Assembly (NCBI RefSeq): GCF_001194135.2
Contig: NC_068987.1
Coordinates: forward strand, 90,021,461 to 90,085,460
Source of the DNA: Octopus bimaculoides
Lineage: Eukaryota
Reading direction: 5' to 3'
Length of the DNA stretch: 64,000 nucleotides
Shown here: one piece after another, positions 51,537 to 63,890 of the stretch
Numbering within the stretch: the stretch's first letter is position 1
Layout of the letters: the number at the start of each line of letters is the position of its first letter
Program-made: the position numbers and the translations under genes
Notes under the pieces: generated by a model
Seen by the model: the letters and a program-made list of their open reading frames with translations, nothing else
The model's database searches: none
Told to the model about the DNA's origin: nothing

Positions 51537-52165
51537 GAGGGAAAGAGGAGAGAGGGTAAGGAGAGAGAGAGGAAGGAGAGAGAGGAGGAAGGAGAGAGAG
51601 GAAGGAGAGAGAGGAGGAAGGAGAGAGGAGGAAGGAGAGAGAGGAAGGAGAGAGAGGAGGAAGGAGAGAGGAGGAAGGAGNNNNNNNNNNNNNNNNNNNN
51701 NNNNNNNNNNNNNNNNNNNNNNNNNNNNNNNNNNNNNNNNNNNNNNNNNNNNNNNNNNNNNNNNNNNNNNNNNNNNNNNNNNNNNNNNNNNNNNNNNNNN
51801 NNNNNNNNNNNNNNNNNNNNNNNNNNNNNNNNNNNNNNNNNNNNNNNNNNNGGTGGGGGGAAGGAGAGAGAGGAAAGAAAGAGAGAGGAAAGAAAGAGAG
51901 GAAAGAAAGAGAGAGGAAAGAAAGAGAGAGGAAAGAAAGAGAGAGGAAAGAAAGAGAGAGGAAAGAAAGAGAGAGGAAAGAAAGAGAGAGGAAAGAAAGA
52001 GGAAAGAAAGAGAGAAGAGCGAGGGGGGAGAGAGAGAAAGAGAAGAGCGAGGGGAGAGAGAGAGAGAAGAGCAAGGAGAGAGAGAGAGAAGAGCAAGGAG
52101 AGAGAGAGAAGAGAGAAGAGCAAGGGGAGAGAGAGAGAGAGAAGAGCAAGGGGAGAGAGAGAGAG
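51537..52165 (+). repeat. Polypurine minisatellite complex
   Basis: GGAAGGAGAGA-type units, a gap, about 8 copies of GAGAGGAAAGAAAGA, then GAAGAGCAAGG(GA)n units. Confidence 0.95.
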
Positions 52166-52169
52166 TCGA

Positions 52170-53400
52170 CCATCTCATTCTTGGTCAACTCCTAGGTCTC
52201 CTACAAGTTGGCTTGTCTTAGAAAGTCCATCTTGAGATGCTTTCCTGCAAGATTCCATCCACAGGAGCATAGTATTTGAGATGTGGCCTCTCAAAGTGGA
52301 GCCATTACTTCTGCTGATGACAAAGAGTTTCTTCCTCAAGAGTCAGTGCAGATTGTATGATGTCGGTGTGGAAATGTGAGCCTTTAACGTGGAGAACCTG
52401 ATGGACAACTATAAAGAAATGAAGTGAGCAGGCTGCACTAGATGTGTCATGTTAGTGTACAAGATTGACGGACTATAGAAATGGAGAGACAAACTAAGAT
52501 TAAAAGGAATCAGATGCAGCATACAACGGAGGTGTTAGCATTGGTATGGGCATCATCATCATCATCGTTTAACATCCGTTTTCCATGCTGGCATGGGTTG
52601 GACGGTTCAACTGGGANNNNNNNNNNNNNNNNNNNNNNNNNNNNNNNNNNNNNNNNNNNNNNNNNNNNNNNNNNNNNNNNNNNNNNNNNNNNNNNNNNNN
52701 NNNNNNNNNNNNNNNNNNNNNNNNNNNNNNNNNNNNNNNNNNNNNNNNNNNNNNNNNNNNNNNNNNNNNNNNNNNNNNNNNNNNNNNNNNNNNNNNNNNN
52801 NNNNNNNNNNNNNNNNNNNNNNNNNNNNNNNNNNNNNNNNNNNNNNNNNNNNNNNNNNNNNNNNNNNNNNNNNNNNNNNNNNNNNNNNNNNNNNNNNNNN
52901 NNNNNNNNNNNNNNNNNNNNNNNNNNNNNNNNNNNNNGCATCATCATCATCATCGTTTAACATCCGTTTTCCATGCTGGCATGGGTTGGACGGTTCAACT
53001 GGGAACTGGCAAGCCAGGAGGTCACAATCTGATCTGGCAAGGTTTCTACAGCTGAATGACCTTCCTAATACCAACTATTCCAAGAGTGTAGCAGGTGCAT
53101 TTTACAGGCCACTGACATGGGAGTCAATCAGGCAGCATTGGCATTGGCCACAACTACAATTTCCATTTGATTAGGATTTGATTTTAGATTTTGATCTTGA
53201 TGTACATAAAGTGTGATAGGTAAATAAGTAAGTACCAAGTGCTCAAAGTGAATGGTACCTGTGGAAGAGGAAAGTCGAGAAAGAGTTAGGATGGGGTGGC
53301 AACAAAATGTTCTCATGTAGTTACATCTGATGAGGGAGATGACAGGAGATTATGCTGACTGATGGTGTGCAGTGCAAAAGACCTAAAGAAAAATAGTTAT
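52170..53400 (+). mobile_element. RTE LINE C-terminal ORF remnant interrupted by an antisense RTE 3' UTR insertion (about 52553-53201)
   Basis: RLYD..AFNVENL..WRDKLRLKGIRCSIQRRC*HWYGH, resuming after the insert with KYQVLKVNGTCGRGKSRKS*D..EMTGD..WCAVQKT. Confidence 0.85.
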
Positions 53401-54424
53401 CAAAATAGGATAGTGATAGCAACTGGAATTTATGTAACCTTGAAAAACTGGTAAGGGTTAATAACAGGAAGGGCATCCAGCTGTAAAACAATGCCTCAGT
53501 AATATATTCATCTAACCCATGCTGGCATGAAAAATTAGACATGAAACAAAATGGATGAGTTGTGTGTGTATGTGCACACACACACACACACACACACAAT
53601 GAAAGAAAGAGAGGTGGGTTAGTCGTGATATATAAACACTGCTGTATTTATAATCCGATTTCTTTAAGTGATGTAAACAATGATTAATCATTTTGTGAGT
53701 GGTAAGTGAATACATTACAAAAATGTGTGTGATTGTGTGTGAGTGGGTGTATGAATGTATACATGTGTGTGGAGATTACAGTGTAAAGTACCACTATTAA
53801 TTGTGCTTAATGAAAAATCTACTAATTAACATTCTTCTAATTACTATTGTGCTTGTTAGAGTGCATGTGCTTCATAATCACCTCATGCCATTTGTAAATG
53901 CGCTTGGTCCCTGAATTGTCCAGGTCTTTGTTAGCATCATCACTATTAATATTCTAAATGAAAACAATAATGAATGTAATACAAATGAGATACACACACA
54001 CACACAAATAATACAAAATGGGACAAGAACGCAAAACATCCAGACAGTTAGGTGATACAAAAATGGGACAACAAAACATCCAGATAAACGGAAGTGTAAT
54101 ATTGTTCATGTTTTTTTCTGTCCTTGTTTTTGTATACATTCGCTGCTTTCTTCCAAGGAATCTAATCCTCTTAGCCTAGTTTTTTCTTGGGGCTGGCCAG
54201 ATTGGAGCAATATCGAGAATAACCAGCCGAAATTGCAAGGATAATCTGGATCTCGACTGAGGAAAGAAAACTCTGAATAACCTGTCCTTGTTTTCTTTNN
54301 NNNNNNNNNNNNNNNNNNNNNNNNNNNNNNNNNNNNNNNNNNNNNNNNNNNNNNNNNNNNNNNNNNNNNNNNNNNNNNNNNNNNNNNNNNNNNNNNNNNN
54401 NNNNNNNNNNTATATACTGCAACT

Positions 54425-54650
54425 TCTTTCAACAAATTTTATTCGACAAAAACAATAACAATATGTAACAAAAGCATCTTTAAATGATTATTCCGGAGCA
54501 TATTCACCATCTACTTCAATTACTGCTTCCCATTTGCTTGGCAGACGGTCAGACCCCGTCATTTAAAGATGTTTTTGTTAAATATTGTTATTGTTTTTGT
54601 TGAATAGAATTTGAAAAAATGCCACAATAATTGTGCACCAACCCAATATA
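54425..54650. mobile_element. Rearranged mariner end: transposase C-terminus between inverted 3'-UTR copies, plus TIR
   Basis: Minus strand GSDRLPSKWEAVIEVDGEYAPE*; TIR ends ttgtgcaccaacccaata-TA at about 54648. Confidence 0.8.
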
Positions 54651-55291
54651 TACACACACACACACACACACAAACGATACAGGTCACTTGTAAGGTCTCT
54701 CATGAGTACTATTGGTAACATGGAATCCAGTACAGTGTACAGACTATTGCATGGTTGTGTCATTAGCGACTCAACTGGCAGCCCCACTAGTCTAGAAACA
54801 CAGCAAAACCTGTCAAAAGGATGGACGAACTTATTGTAGATTCAATGACCATCTAGAAATAGCACAGGCACTCAGAAATTCCGGGCTGTGTCTGGCATAC
54901 TGGAAGACAACAGGGAATGAGGCACTGGGGCATTATGGAAGGGTTTCCAGCATTACAATGGATTTAGAAGAGCTTGGAAAACCTCTGAGTAACTTCTGTG
55001 TGGGGCAAAGCATCTCTGACGTTTATTTTACATGCACGCACATCATCATCATATATACACACATATACGTATGTGGGTCTGTGTGTGTAGGTGTGTACAT
55101 GTCTTCTCTTTTCTTTTAGTAAAGTAATCATTGAACCAGACATATGTGAACAACAAAGCACTTAATAATTGATAATATATATATACTTGGTACAACTAAA
55201 AAATACACATGATTGTCAAGCTGCACTTGTTTGGTAAGTGATTTTTATCTGAAATCATGTGTTCCATTATAATGGGGGAATATCAACCCTT

Positions 55292-55334
<43 letters not shown>

Positions 55335-55413
55335 CATGCATGAAAAGGAACAAAAAACTCAGTCTTGTTTGATTATTGTATTGTATTGTGTATATACACA
55401 CATAGAACAAATA

Positions 55414-55453
<40 letters not shown>

Positions 55454-55749
55454 ACTGTGTTATTTGTTCAACAGTTTAAATGCTAATACAAAATTGAATA
55501 TTGTAGTGTGCAGCTGTGTGCATTTTAGAATGGCAGATATGACTTTTGGGGTGCAACCATTTCTGTTCCAGTACAGGACATCAGACCAAAGCCCACAACT
55601 AAATCAAAACCAGTTTTTAAATACACACGTACATACACATCGATATATACACAGACACATATACGTGCATATATGCATACATACATGCACATACATACAC
55701 ACATGCACATATATGGACATACACACACAAACATGTAAACGTGTGTGTG

Positions 55750-55797
<48 letters not shown>

Positions 55798-58700
55798 ATC
55801 ATTTTAGCACCTATTTTTGCATGCTTGCATGGGTCAGGTGAAATTTATTGAGATGAATTTGCTATACCCAGATACCCTTCCTGTCACCATCTCTCACACT
55901 TCCACGTGAATATTCTTTCCACGATCAGACAGGTTTCCAGAGAAAACTGGAACAAAAGGACACCACTTGTATAATGGTGACATTTGTTTAATGGCAAAAC
56001 CAAGAAACAGTAACACATACACAAAATGGGATTCTTTCAGTTTCCATCTAGCAAATTCACTCACAAGGCATTGGTCAGCCTGGAATTGTAGTAGAAGACA
56101 TTTGCCCAAGGAATCATATAGTGGAACTGAACCTGGAAACATGTAGTTGGGAAGCAAATTTCTAAACACACAGCCACACCTGTGCCAATATAGTTACAAA
56201 CATCTAACTGAGCATTGATTGCATTAATCTTACCTGTTCCTGAGTCATAGTTCCTAAGTTAATTACAAGAGAAATCTAATATAAAGAAAAAACAAACAAA
56301 CAAAGCAATCGTTTTCCTGACCACTGTTCATGAAATGATCAATCAGAAGTGTATCGCATGTTTGAACAGATCTTTTTAAATATCTATGTAACAAATCTTA
56401 TTTCAATAACGATATCTAAATCTCTCGCCTTGTTTATTTTAAACATTTGTCTTGTTCTCTGTTGACAGGAGTTGGATCAGTCTACAGCACCACAGGTCAC
56501 CACTTTACATCAATCTTGTCATTGTCTCCTCACTGTGGCCTGACATTTTAAGATCTTTAGATATCAGTCTTTGTAGTACTTGTAGTTAATGTTGATAGAG
56601 TTAGGACTTTTCTAGGTGAGTTACTGTTTCAACCCTTTAGTATTTAAACTGGCTGCATATGGCCCATAATATACCACTTATTTTGCATTCAAATTGACTA
56701 GATTCACCTGCTTACACCTATCTTACAAGGTCATTCTATAAGCAATCATATCATTGGAATCTTGAAACAATGTGGATAAGCATTGCACTTGACACAGTAA
56801 TCGGAAAGCTAAAGGGTTAAATCTGTTTAGCCAGACGACTGTGCTGAACTCAAATATCTACATTGGTAAGGTTTCTATGGCTGGATGCTTTTCCTTATGC
56901 TAACCACTCTACAAAGTATGCTGGGTGCTTTTTTTATGTGGCACCAGCACCAGTGAGGTTACCAGGTAACTTGGAAGACAAGACTTCTGAGTGAAAATGT
57001 AGTATTCAAGGAGATAGGTTTATACTAGAAATTATTCTTGCCCATTCTCACAGATATTTTTATGTAAAAGATACAGTCTCACTCACTCACTCACTCACAC
57101 ACTCACTCACATAACAAGCCTCAGTGTTAGCCAAGATGTCAAAATCATTAAAACTGAAATAAAGATACCATTATGACCAACACTTAAAAATTTATTCTTT
57201 TATGTATTCCTGCCCAAAGGATGTGGCCATGTTGGGGTACCGCAATGAATACTTATTCGAAAAATAAGCATAAAAAAATACTAGAAAAGGTGAAGTGTAG
57301 ACCAATTTTGAACTAAAATTTGCTCTATTCAGAAATTGCTTTGTTCCATCAATTGAAAGTACAGAACACTACATCAGAAATGTTTATTAATCATGAGGCA
57401 GGTTAGGATACCATTTGTCTTGACAAAAACAGTCGGAGTATGTTATTTATATTTATCAACAAGCCATAGAATGTCTATGAATGGTTCAAACAATTTACAT
57501 GACAGAAATTCTTTCACCAGCTCCACATAATGAAATGAAGTCAGTTCTAACATCATTGCTACCACTAGTACTGCTATGGGAGACATGAAGTGACATGTTC
57601 TATGGCTATATATATATATATATATATATATATAGCCAGATACATGTCACAAGTTGCTGTTATTTAAATGCCAGCTGACGCAAAACAGGTCGAGGAGGGG
57701 AGAGAGAAGAAGAAAACTGAACTATCAAGGAGGGAATTACTCAAAAACACAAAATGTACACACGCACACGCGCGCATGCACACACACGCTAGCACACACA
57801 CGCAAGCACACACACGCAAGCACACACATGCAAGCACACACACACACACACAGTAATCAAAAGAATATGTAACAATAGATTCTAGCAGATTATCTTTGAT
57901 GATATATATTCTATATGTTTGTGCTGACAACTAGCCACGGGGCCATAAGAAGATGGGACAGAAAAGCTTGCATATTTAATGCGGCTATCTGTGCTCTGGG
58001 TTTGAATAATCCCAAAATCAACCTCGTCTTTCATCCTTCTGGGTTTGAGAAAGTGCCAGTGTGTGGCAGTGGGTTACTGAAATCAGAGCATTGGATATAA
58101 TACAAATGTCTTGCAATAACTGTTCCAATGTTTTGCATTTTGAGTTCAAATTCCACCCATAACACACTGGGAGAAAGCACTGAGGTGGACCATTAACAGG
58201 TAGCAACACCTTACACAGGCAACCTAAGTTCTCAATAGAGTTGGGTCGTTCATGAAAAGGGCTTTAAAGACCAAGGCATTTGGCAGTAGGAACATGAACA
58301 TGCAAGAGTGTTTAACAATTGACTACCAATTCTGTGGTTCCATCACAGATTACAAGACACTTGGTAATTGTCCCTGATGGACTGAGGCGCTGGCAACATA
58401 AACTCTGCAAAATATCAGGAGTTTGTAAAGCAATGACTACACAGGCTTGTTACATACCAAAATGTGTGATTCTTTCAGCTTTCACTTATTTCAGTCATTG
58501 GCACCACCTTAAAGGGCTTAGTGAAACAAACTGACCCCAGTATTCATTTCTTTAAATCTGGTACTTATTTTATCACTCTTTTAGCCAAACTGCTCAGTCA
58601 TGGAGACATAAACAAACCAATTATCAAATTGTGGTGATGGGGCAAGCAAACACAAACACCACATGTATTTCTCACACTAGAACACATCTGGTTAAGACAG

Positions 58701-58845
58701 TTAACACCTACTTGGAATATCTTACACATTCTAGTTGAAAACAATAGATAAATTTGTTTGTATTCTTAGACCTAACAGCAGCTCAAAGAATGCATGGGGA
58801 GAAGTAAAATAAGACAAATATGTACTAGCCTTCGAATATACTGCC

Positions 58846-58873
58846 CTACTACTACTACTACTACTACTACTAC

Positions 58874-58907
<34 letters not shown>
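58846..58907. repeat. (CTA)n-(TAA)n microsatellite
   Basis: Direct inspection. Confidence 0.95.
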
Positions 58908-58908
<1 letters not shown>

Positions 58909-59450
58909 CAGTAGCAGGCAGTGGTTCTCATGACTTCTGATCTTAATTGATTGGAAGTGTTATCATGTACATTGTTTTGTCTTCGTATAAAAGATGGGCT
59001 ACAGCAAATATTCTGCTCAATACCACAGATTTGCTTGTCAGTTGTTTGACCTTAACCAGTTGAGCATGTCCCTTGGTGGCTGGCGATATGTTCATCTCTG
59101 ATTATGAGTAGAAGTAGTGAGGGAGCATCATAGCCATGTGTAGAGAGGAATTCTTTGGGGTTTGAATAATTTACCTTTGGAAATATGGGTGTTTCATTCA
59201 GCATCATTAAACAACCCTTATTCATAGACCTTTTGAGCAGGATGGGCTACTCAACCTAAAGAAAATTCTAACTGGGCCCCACCTGCAAGGTCATGCACTG
59301 TTAATCTTGATAAGAGATCACTGTGTCGTGCACATACGGTTGTGATGCATGTGCCTGGTGTACCCTTATCAGACGGGTAGTCATGATGGGAATACTAGGC
59401 TTCATATATTTTAACCCTGTGTCACTTTGATGGCATGCACTGCTCTCACT
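58908..59450 (+). mobile_element. Non-coding interspersed element embedded in (TAA)n
   Basis: About 540-bp GC-richer block with (TAA)n on both sides and no ORF; recalled as a frequent octopus repeat, not verified. Confidence 0.6.
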
Positions 59451-59909
59451 AAATAATAATAATAAAACAAATATGATTAAAAATAATTGCTTCTAACATA
59501 GGGACAAGGTCTGAAATTGAGGGGAATAGAATAGTCAATCATCACATTGACTCCAATATTTGACTAGTATTATATTTTATCAGCTCCAGCAGGATGATAA
59601 GCAAAGATGACCTCAGCCAGATCTAACCCTTTAGCTTTCAGATTTCTCTGTCAAATGTTTATTTATTCACATTGTTTTCAATTTACTTTACATTAACTTG
59701 TAGCTTTGAGATTTCAATGACATGGTTTATTTTTAAAATGACATTGTAAGGTATGCATGAGAAGCTGGTAAATTTGAACATAAAACAAGTAGAATATTTG
59801 GGCTGGATATGGCCGGTCTGAATGGTAAGGGGTTAAACTCTGAACATAAAAATGAAGAGACACTGCAAAAAGCATTTTGTCCAGCACTCTAAAGATTATG
59901 TCAATCCTC

Positions 59910-60240
59910 AACATCATCATCATCATTTAACATCAGTTGTCCATGCTGGCATGGGTTGAATGGCTGGAAAGCTGCACCAGACTCCAGTCTGATTTGGCCT
60001 GGTTTCTATGGCTGGATACCCTTCCTAACACCAACCACTCTAAGAGTGTAATGGGTGCTTTTATGTGCCACCAGCACAAGTGCCATTTACGTGACACTGG
60101 TATCTGCCATGACTGTGATTTTGCTCAGCTTGATGGGTCTTCTCAAGTGCAGCATAATGCCAAAGGTCTTTGTCATTGCCTCTGTGAGGCCCAACGCTTG
60201 AAAGGAACTCAGCCACCTTGCCTCAATGAGGCCCGGCCAT
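59910..60240 (-). mobile_element. RTE 3' end including the ORF terminus
   Basis: ALGLTEAMTK / DLWHYAALEKTHQAE, then the UTR and (GAT)n tail. Confidence 0.85.
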
Positions 60241-60249
60241 AACATTAAT

Positions 60250-60780
60250 AATTCTTTAACTTTAGTGCAAGGCCTGCAGTATTAGGGGAGTGGGTAAGTC
60301 AATTACATCAACCCAGTGCATAGCTGGTACTCATTTGGGATTAAAGGTAAAAGTTGGCTCCAGCGGAATCTGAATGCAAAGCTGCAAAGTACTTTGTCCA
60401 TGCCAATGATTCTAGCAGCTCACCCTTTCCACTATAGGCATAAGGCCCGAAATTTTGGAGGAGGTCGGGAAGTGAATGCACAACTGGTATTTATTTTATC
60501 AACCCTAAAAGAATGGAAGGCAAAGTCTACCTTAGCCGAATTTAAACTCGGTACGTATGAAATGCCATTAAACATTTTCCCCCAGAATGTTAACAATTTT
60601 GCCAGCTCTAACAGCTGTAATTTCTAATATCAACAGAAACGGACAAATTATTAGGATAAGGGAGCAGAGTCAAGTACACTGACTGGATCCTTTTAATATC
60701 TTATTGACTACAAAAGAATGCAACGCAAAATGAAACCCACAGCAAATTTGGACAGGGAATGTAGAAGTACAAAACCTCTA
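60250..60780 (-). mobile_element. Chain of about 3 SINE family C copies
   Basis: Repeated units with aaggc(c/a)..aaatt / tacatcaacccag / gaatttaaactc motifs. Confidence 0.7.
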
Positions 60781-60829
60781 CCATTCCTCAAACCCATGTA
60801 ATATAATTTGGAAGTTGATCTGTTTGTGC

Positions 60830-61221
60830 TACCACATAGTTAATAATATTATGCAGAGATCTGCCTGGAGAATTTGAATCGTGTGTAAACAAGTCAGCTT
60901 TCAAATGGGAAAAACTGATAAATGAACAGATGGATCCCCCAGGTCTTACTGGAACAAAAATATACAAAAATATAGAGCTAGTGAAAAGAATCTAAGATAA
61001 GGTTAATAAATTAAATGCCCAACAGATTGCTTCCTCCCCCCTCCATCATACATCAAGAATCCCTATGCAGAGAGAAATTTTAAAGCTTAATGATGTAGCA
61101 GACATAGTTATAGATATTGTGAATTATATTAGAAAATATGGCTTAAACCAAAAGCAGTTGGTGAATTTTTTTAGGAGTACAGCCAGCAGAATATGCTGAT
61201 GTTTCATAGCATGCACGCACG

Positions 61222-61264
<43 letters not shown>

Positions 61265-61873
61265 ACACACATACATGCTGGATAAGTCTAGGGAGAGAAG
61301 TTTTCAAAAGAGTTTGGAATTTGAGAAGTGAAATTAAAACTTTTTTTTAGAAATGAAAGAAAAATTATGACTTCCTGAAACTTTGATAAAAATTAAATAT
61401 CAGATTTTGTATTTGCTGTAGATTTACTGATGAACTGAAATGAACTTAACAAAAACTTGCAAAGGAAAGGAAGCTCCAGCCATCACTTACAAACAAATGG
61501 GAAAGAAGGCAACTTATGCATTTGAAAACTTTACAGCAAGTTTTCACTTGTGATGAAAAGCTTAAAAATTATTACAATTCCAAGCTAAGAGATTTTCATG
61601 CCCAATTTCCCAGTAAATTCAATGATTTCAAACTTATAGAAAGCAAACTATCATCTGTATTCACATCTATTGTTGCTGGAGATTTAGACAAACTTCAACT
61701 TGAGCTCACTGATCTTCAAAGAATCATTTTTAAGCTAGTTTTGGTCTTGAAATTTTATGCTTCTCTCAGTGATGAGAAATTTCCAAACCTTCAGAATTGT
61801 ACTAAGAAATATTTTGTTTTCTTTGGTTCAACTTACATTTGCGATTTAACACTTTCAAATCAAAATCACCGAC
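60830..61873 (+). mobile_element. hAT transposase remnant (GTF2IRD2/SPIN/Charlie-like)
   Basis: LKLNDVADIVIDIVNYIRKYGLNQKQL..W.SLGREVFKRVWNLRSEI..NELNKNLQ..FNDFKLIESKL..LQLELTDLQ..FPNL..FFGSTYICDLTLS; (CA)n inserted at about 61215-61275. Confidence 0.9.
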
Positions 61874-62315
61874 GTGACCAATGACAGTAGCACCTGATTG
61901 GCCCTCGTGCCAGTGGAACATCAAAAGCACATCCAAGCATGATCATTGCCAGGGCCATGGATTGGTTCCCGTGCTGGTGGCATGTAAAAAGCATCATTCA
62001 AGCATGATCGTTGCCAGCATTGCCTTACCGGCACATGTACCAGTAGCACGTGCAGGTAGCACGTAAAAAACACCTTTTGAGCGTGGTCGTTGTCAGAACC
62101 ACCTGACTGGCCCTCGTGCCGGTGGCACGTAAAAGTACCCACTACACTCTCGGAGTGGTTGGCGTTAGGAAGGGCATCCAGCTGTAGAAACTTTGCCAGA
62201 TCAGACTGAGCCTAGTGCAGCCTCCTGGCTCACCAGTCCTCAGTCAAACCGTCCAATCCATGTCAGCATGGAAAGCGGATGTTAAACGACAATGATGATG
62301 ATGATGATGATGATG
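61874..62315 (+). mobile_element. RTE 3' UTR with 4 tandem hairpin modules
   Basis: Four gtgccggtggcacgtaaaa..cacc-type units at 61874-62139, then the standard tail and (GAT)n. Confidence 0.9.
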
Positions 62316-63689
62316 AAAGAGGACGTGCTATAAGTCACAACTAACAAGTGCTGATGACTGATGAGCAGACAAATGACTTGGAGATCAGTGTCATTTGCAT
62401 GGTACCATTTCAGGACACTGTAAGCTCACAGAAATGGATGTATTCATCCCAAATGTAATTCAGCCACCCCACGGATATGTAATTGTTAGTATTCTTTTAT
62501 TGGTTTCAATTATTAGACTGTGGCCATGATGCAGCACTGCTTTGAAGAACTCTTAGATGAACGAATCAAACCCAGTACTTATTTTTTTAAAGCCTGGTAC
62601 TTAATTCATCAATATCTTTTGCCAGACTGCTAAGTTACATGTACACAAACATCAGTCGTCAAGCAGTTGTGGTGGGGTCAAACACACACACACACACACA
62701 CAGAGGCTTATTTCAGTTTCCATCTCCCAAATTCACTCACAAGGTGTGTTCAAGGCTATAGTAGAACATACTTGCCCATGCAGTGGGACTAAACCCAGAA
62801 ATATTTGCTTTGGAGGCAAACTTCTTACTGCACAACCAATAAATTTTTTACTGACAGTCAGTCATGTTTGACAAAAGACCTGGGTTTCTGTCTCACAAAC
62901 AGCTGCCGACTTTTTTCTATCCAAAGACTTTTTTAACCCAATATCTACAGACAACTATTTACAGTTTTATCTGCCTTGTGATCAACAGTTAAAAATGAAT
63001 TATTTTATTAGAATTTTAATACTTTCATATTGAATGCATTTATGAACCATACTGGAATAGGATAATAACTTTCATAACCTCAATTACAAAAAAAAAAAAA
63101 GAATTTAACCAGTAAAACATTTAGACATTATACATCAAGTGTGAATGTATGCATATTCATATATTATGTGTTTTATTTGGGAAATTATTTTCTACAGCTT
63201 ATTTTCTTGCATAACCTTTAATATTAACATGCATAAGTGCAGGCATGACGATGCAGTTAAGAAGCTAGCTTTGCATCCACATGTTTCACAGAGTTCTGGG
63301 TTCAGTCCCACTGTATAGTGCCTAAGGCTGACCAATGCCTTGTGAGTTTGGTTGATGGAAAGTGTGGAAGCCCAATGTAGGTATATATATATAAGAGTGC
63401 GTGTGTGTTTATCCCCTCCACCACTTGTGAACCAGTGTTGGTTTGTTTATATCCCCGTAACTTAGCAGTTCAGCAAAAGAAACAGCATAAATACCAGGGT
63501 CAATTTGCTTAACTAAACCCCTCAAGGCAATGCCCCAGCATGACCACATTCTAATAACTAAAACACAAAGGTGATGGGAGGAGGCAGTCTTATTTGGGAA
63601 ATTATTTTCTGGATTCTCTTTGACATTAAACATGAATATAAAAATTTTGATAAAAAGTATTTCTTTATTGTCCATATGGGGCTAAACAT

Positions 63690-63890
63690 AAAGGGGACAA
63701 ACAAGGACAAAGGGATTAAGTCGATTACATCGACTCCAGTGCATAACTGGTATTTATTTAATCAACCCCCAAAAGGATGAAAAGTCAACCTTGGCAGAAT
63801 TTGAACTCTGAACATAATAATAATGGCAGATGTAATACCGTTAAGCATTTCACCCAGCTTGGTAAGAATTCTGCTAGCTTGCAGCCTTAT
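63690..63890 (-). mobile_element. SINE family C
   Basis: gtcgattacatcgactccagtgc...ggatgaaaagtcaaccttggcagaatttgaactctgaac. Confidence 0.85.

Noticed and set aside
52550-53004. Identical 67-nt direct repeat on both sides of a gap (52550-52616 and 52938-53004)
   Set aside because: Most likely unmerged overlapping contig ends rather than a real duplication.
54190-54245. Hammerhead-like GGCTGG..CCAGCC-GAAA stem
   Set aside because: No CUGAnGA core upstream of the stem.
61874-62139. CRISPR array
   Set aside because: Eukaryotic context, degenerate repeats, mutually homologous spacers, location within a LINE 3' UTR, and no cas genes.
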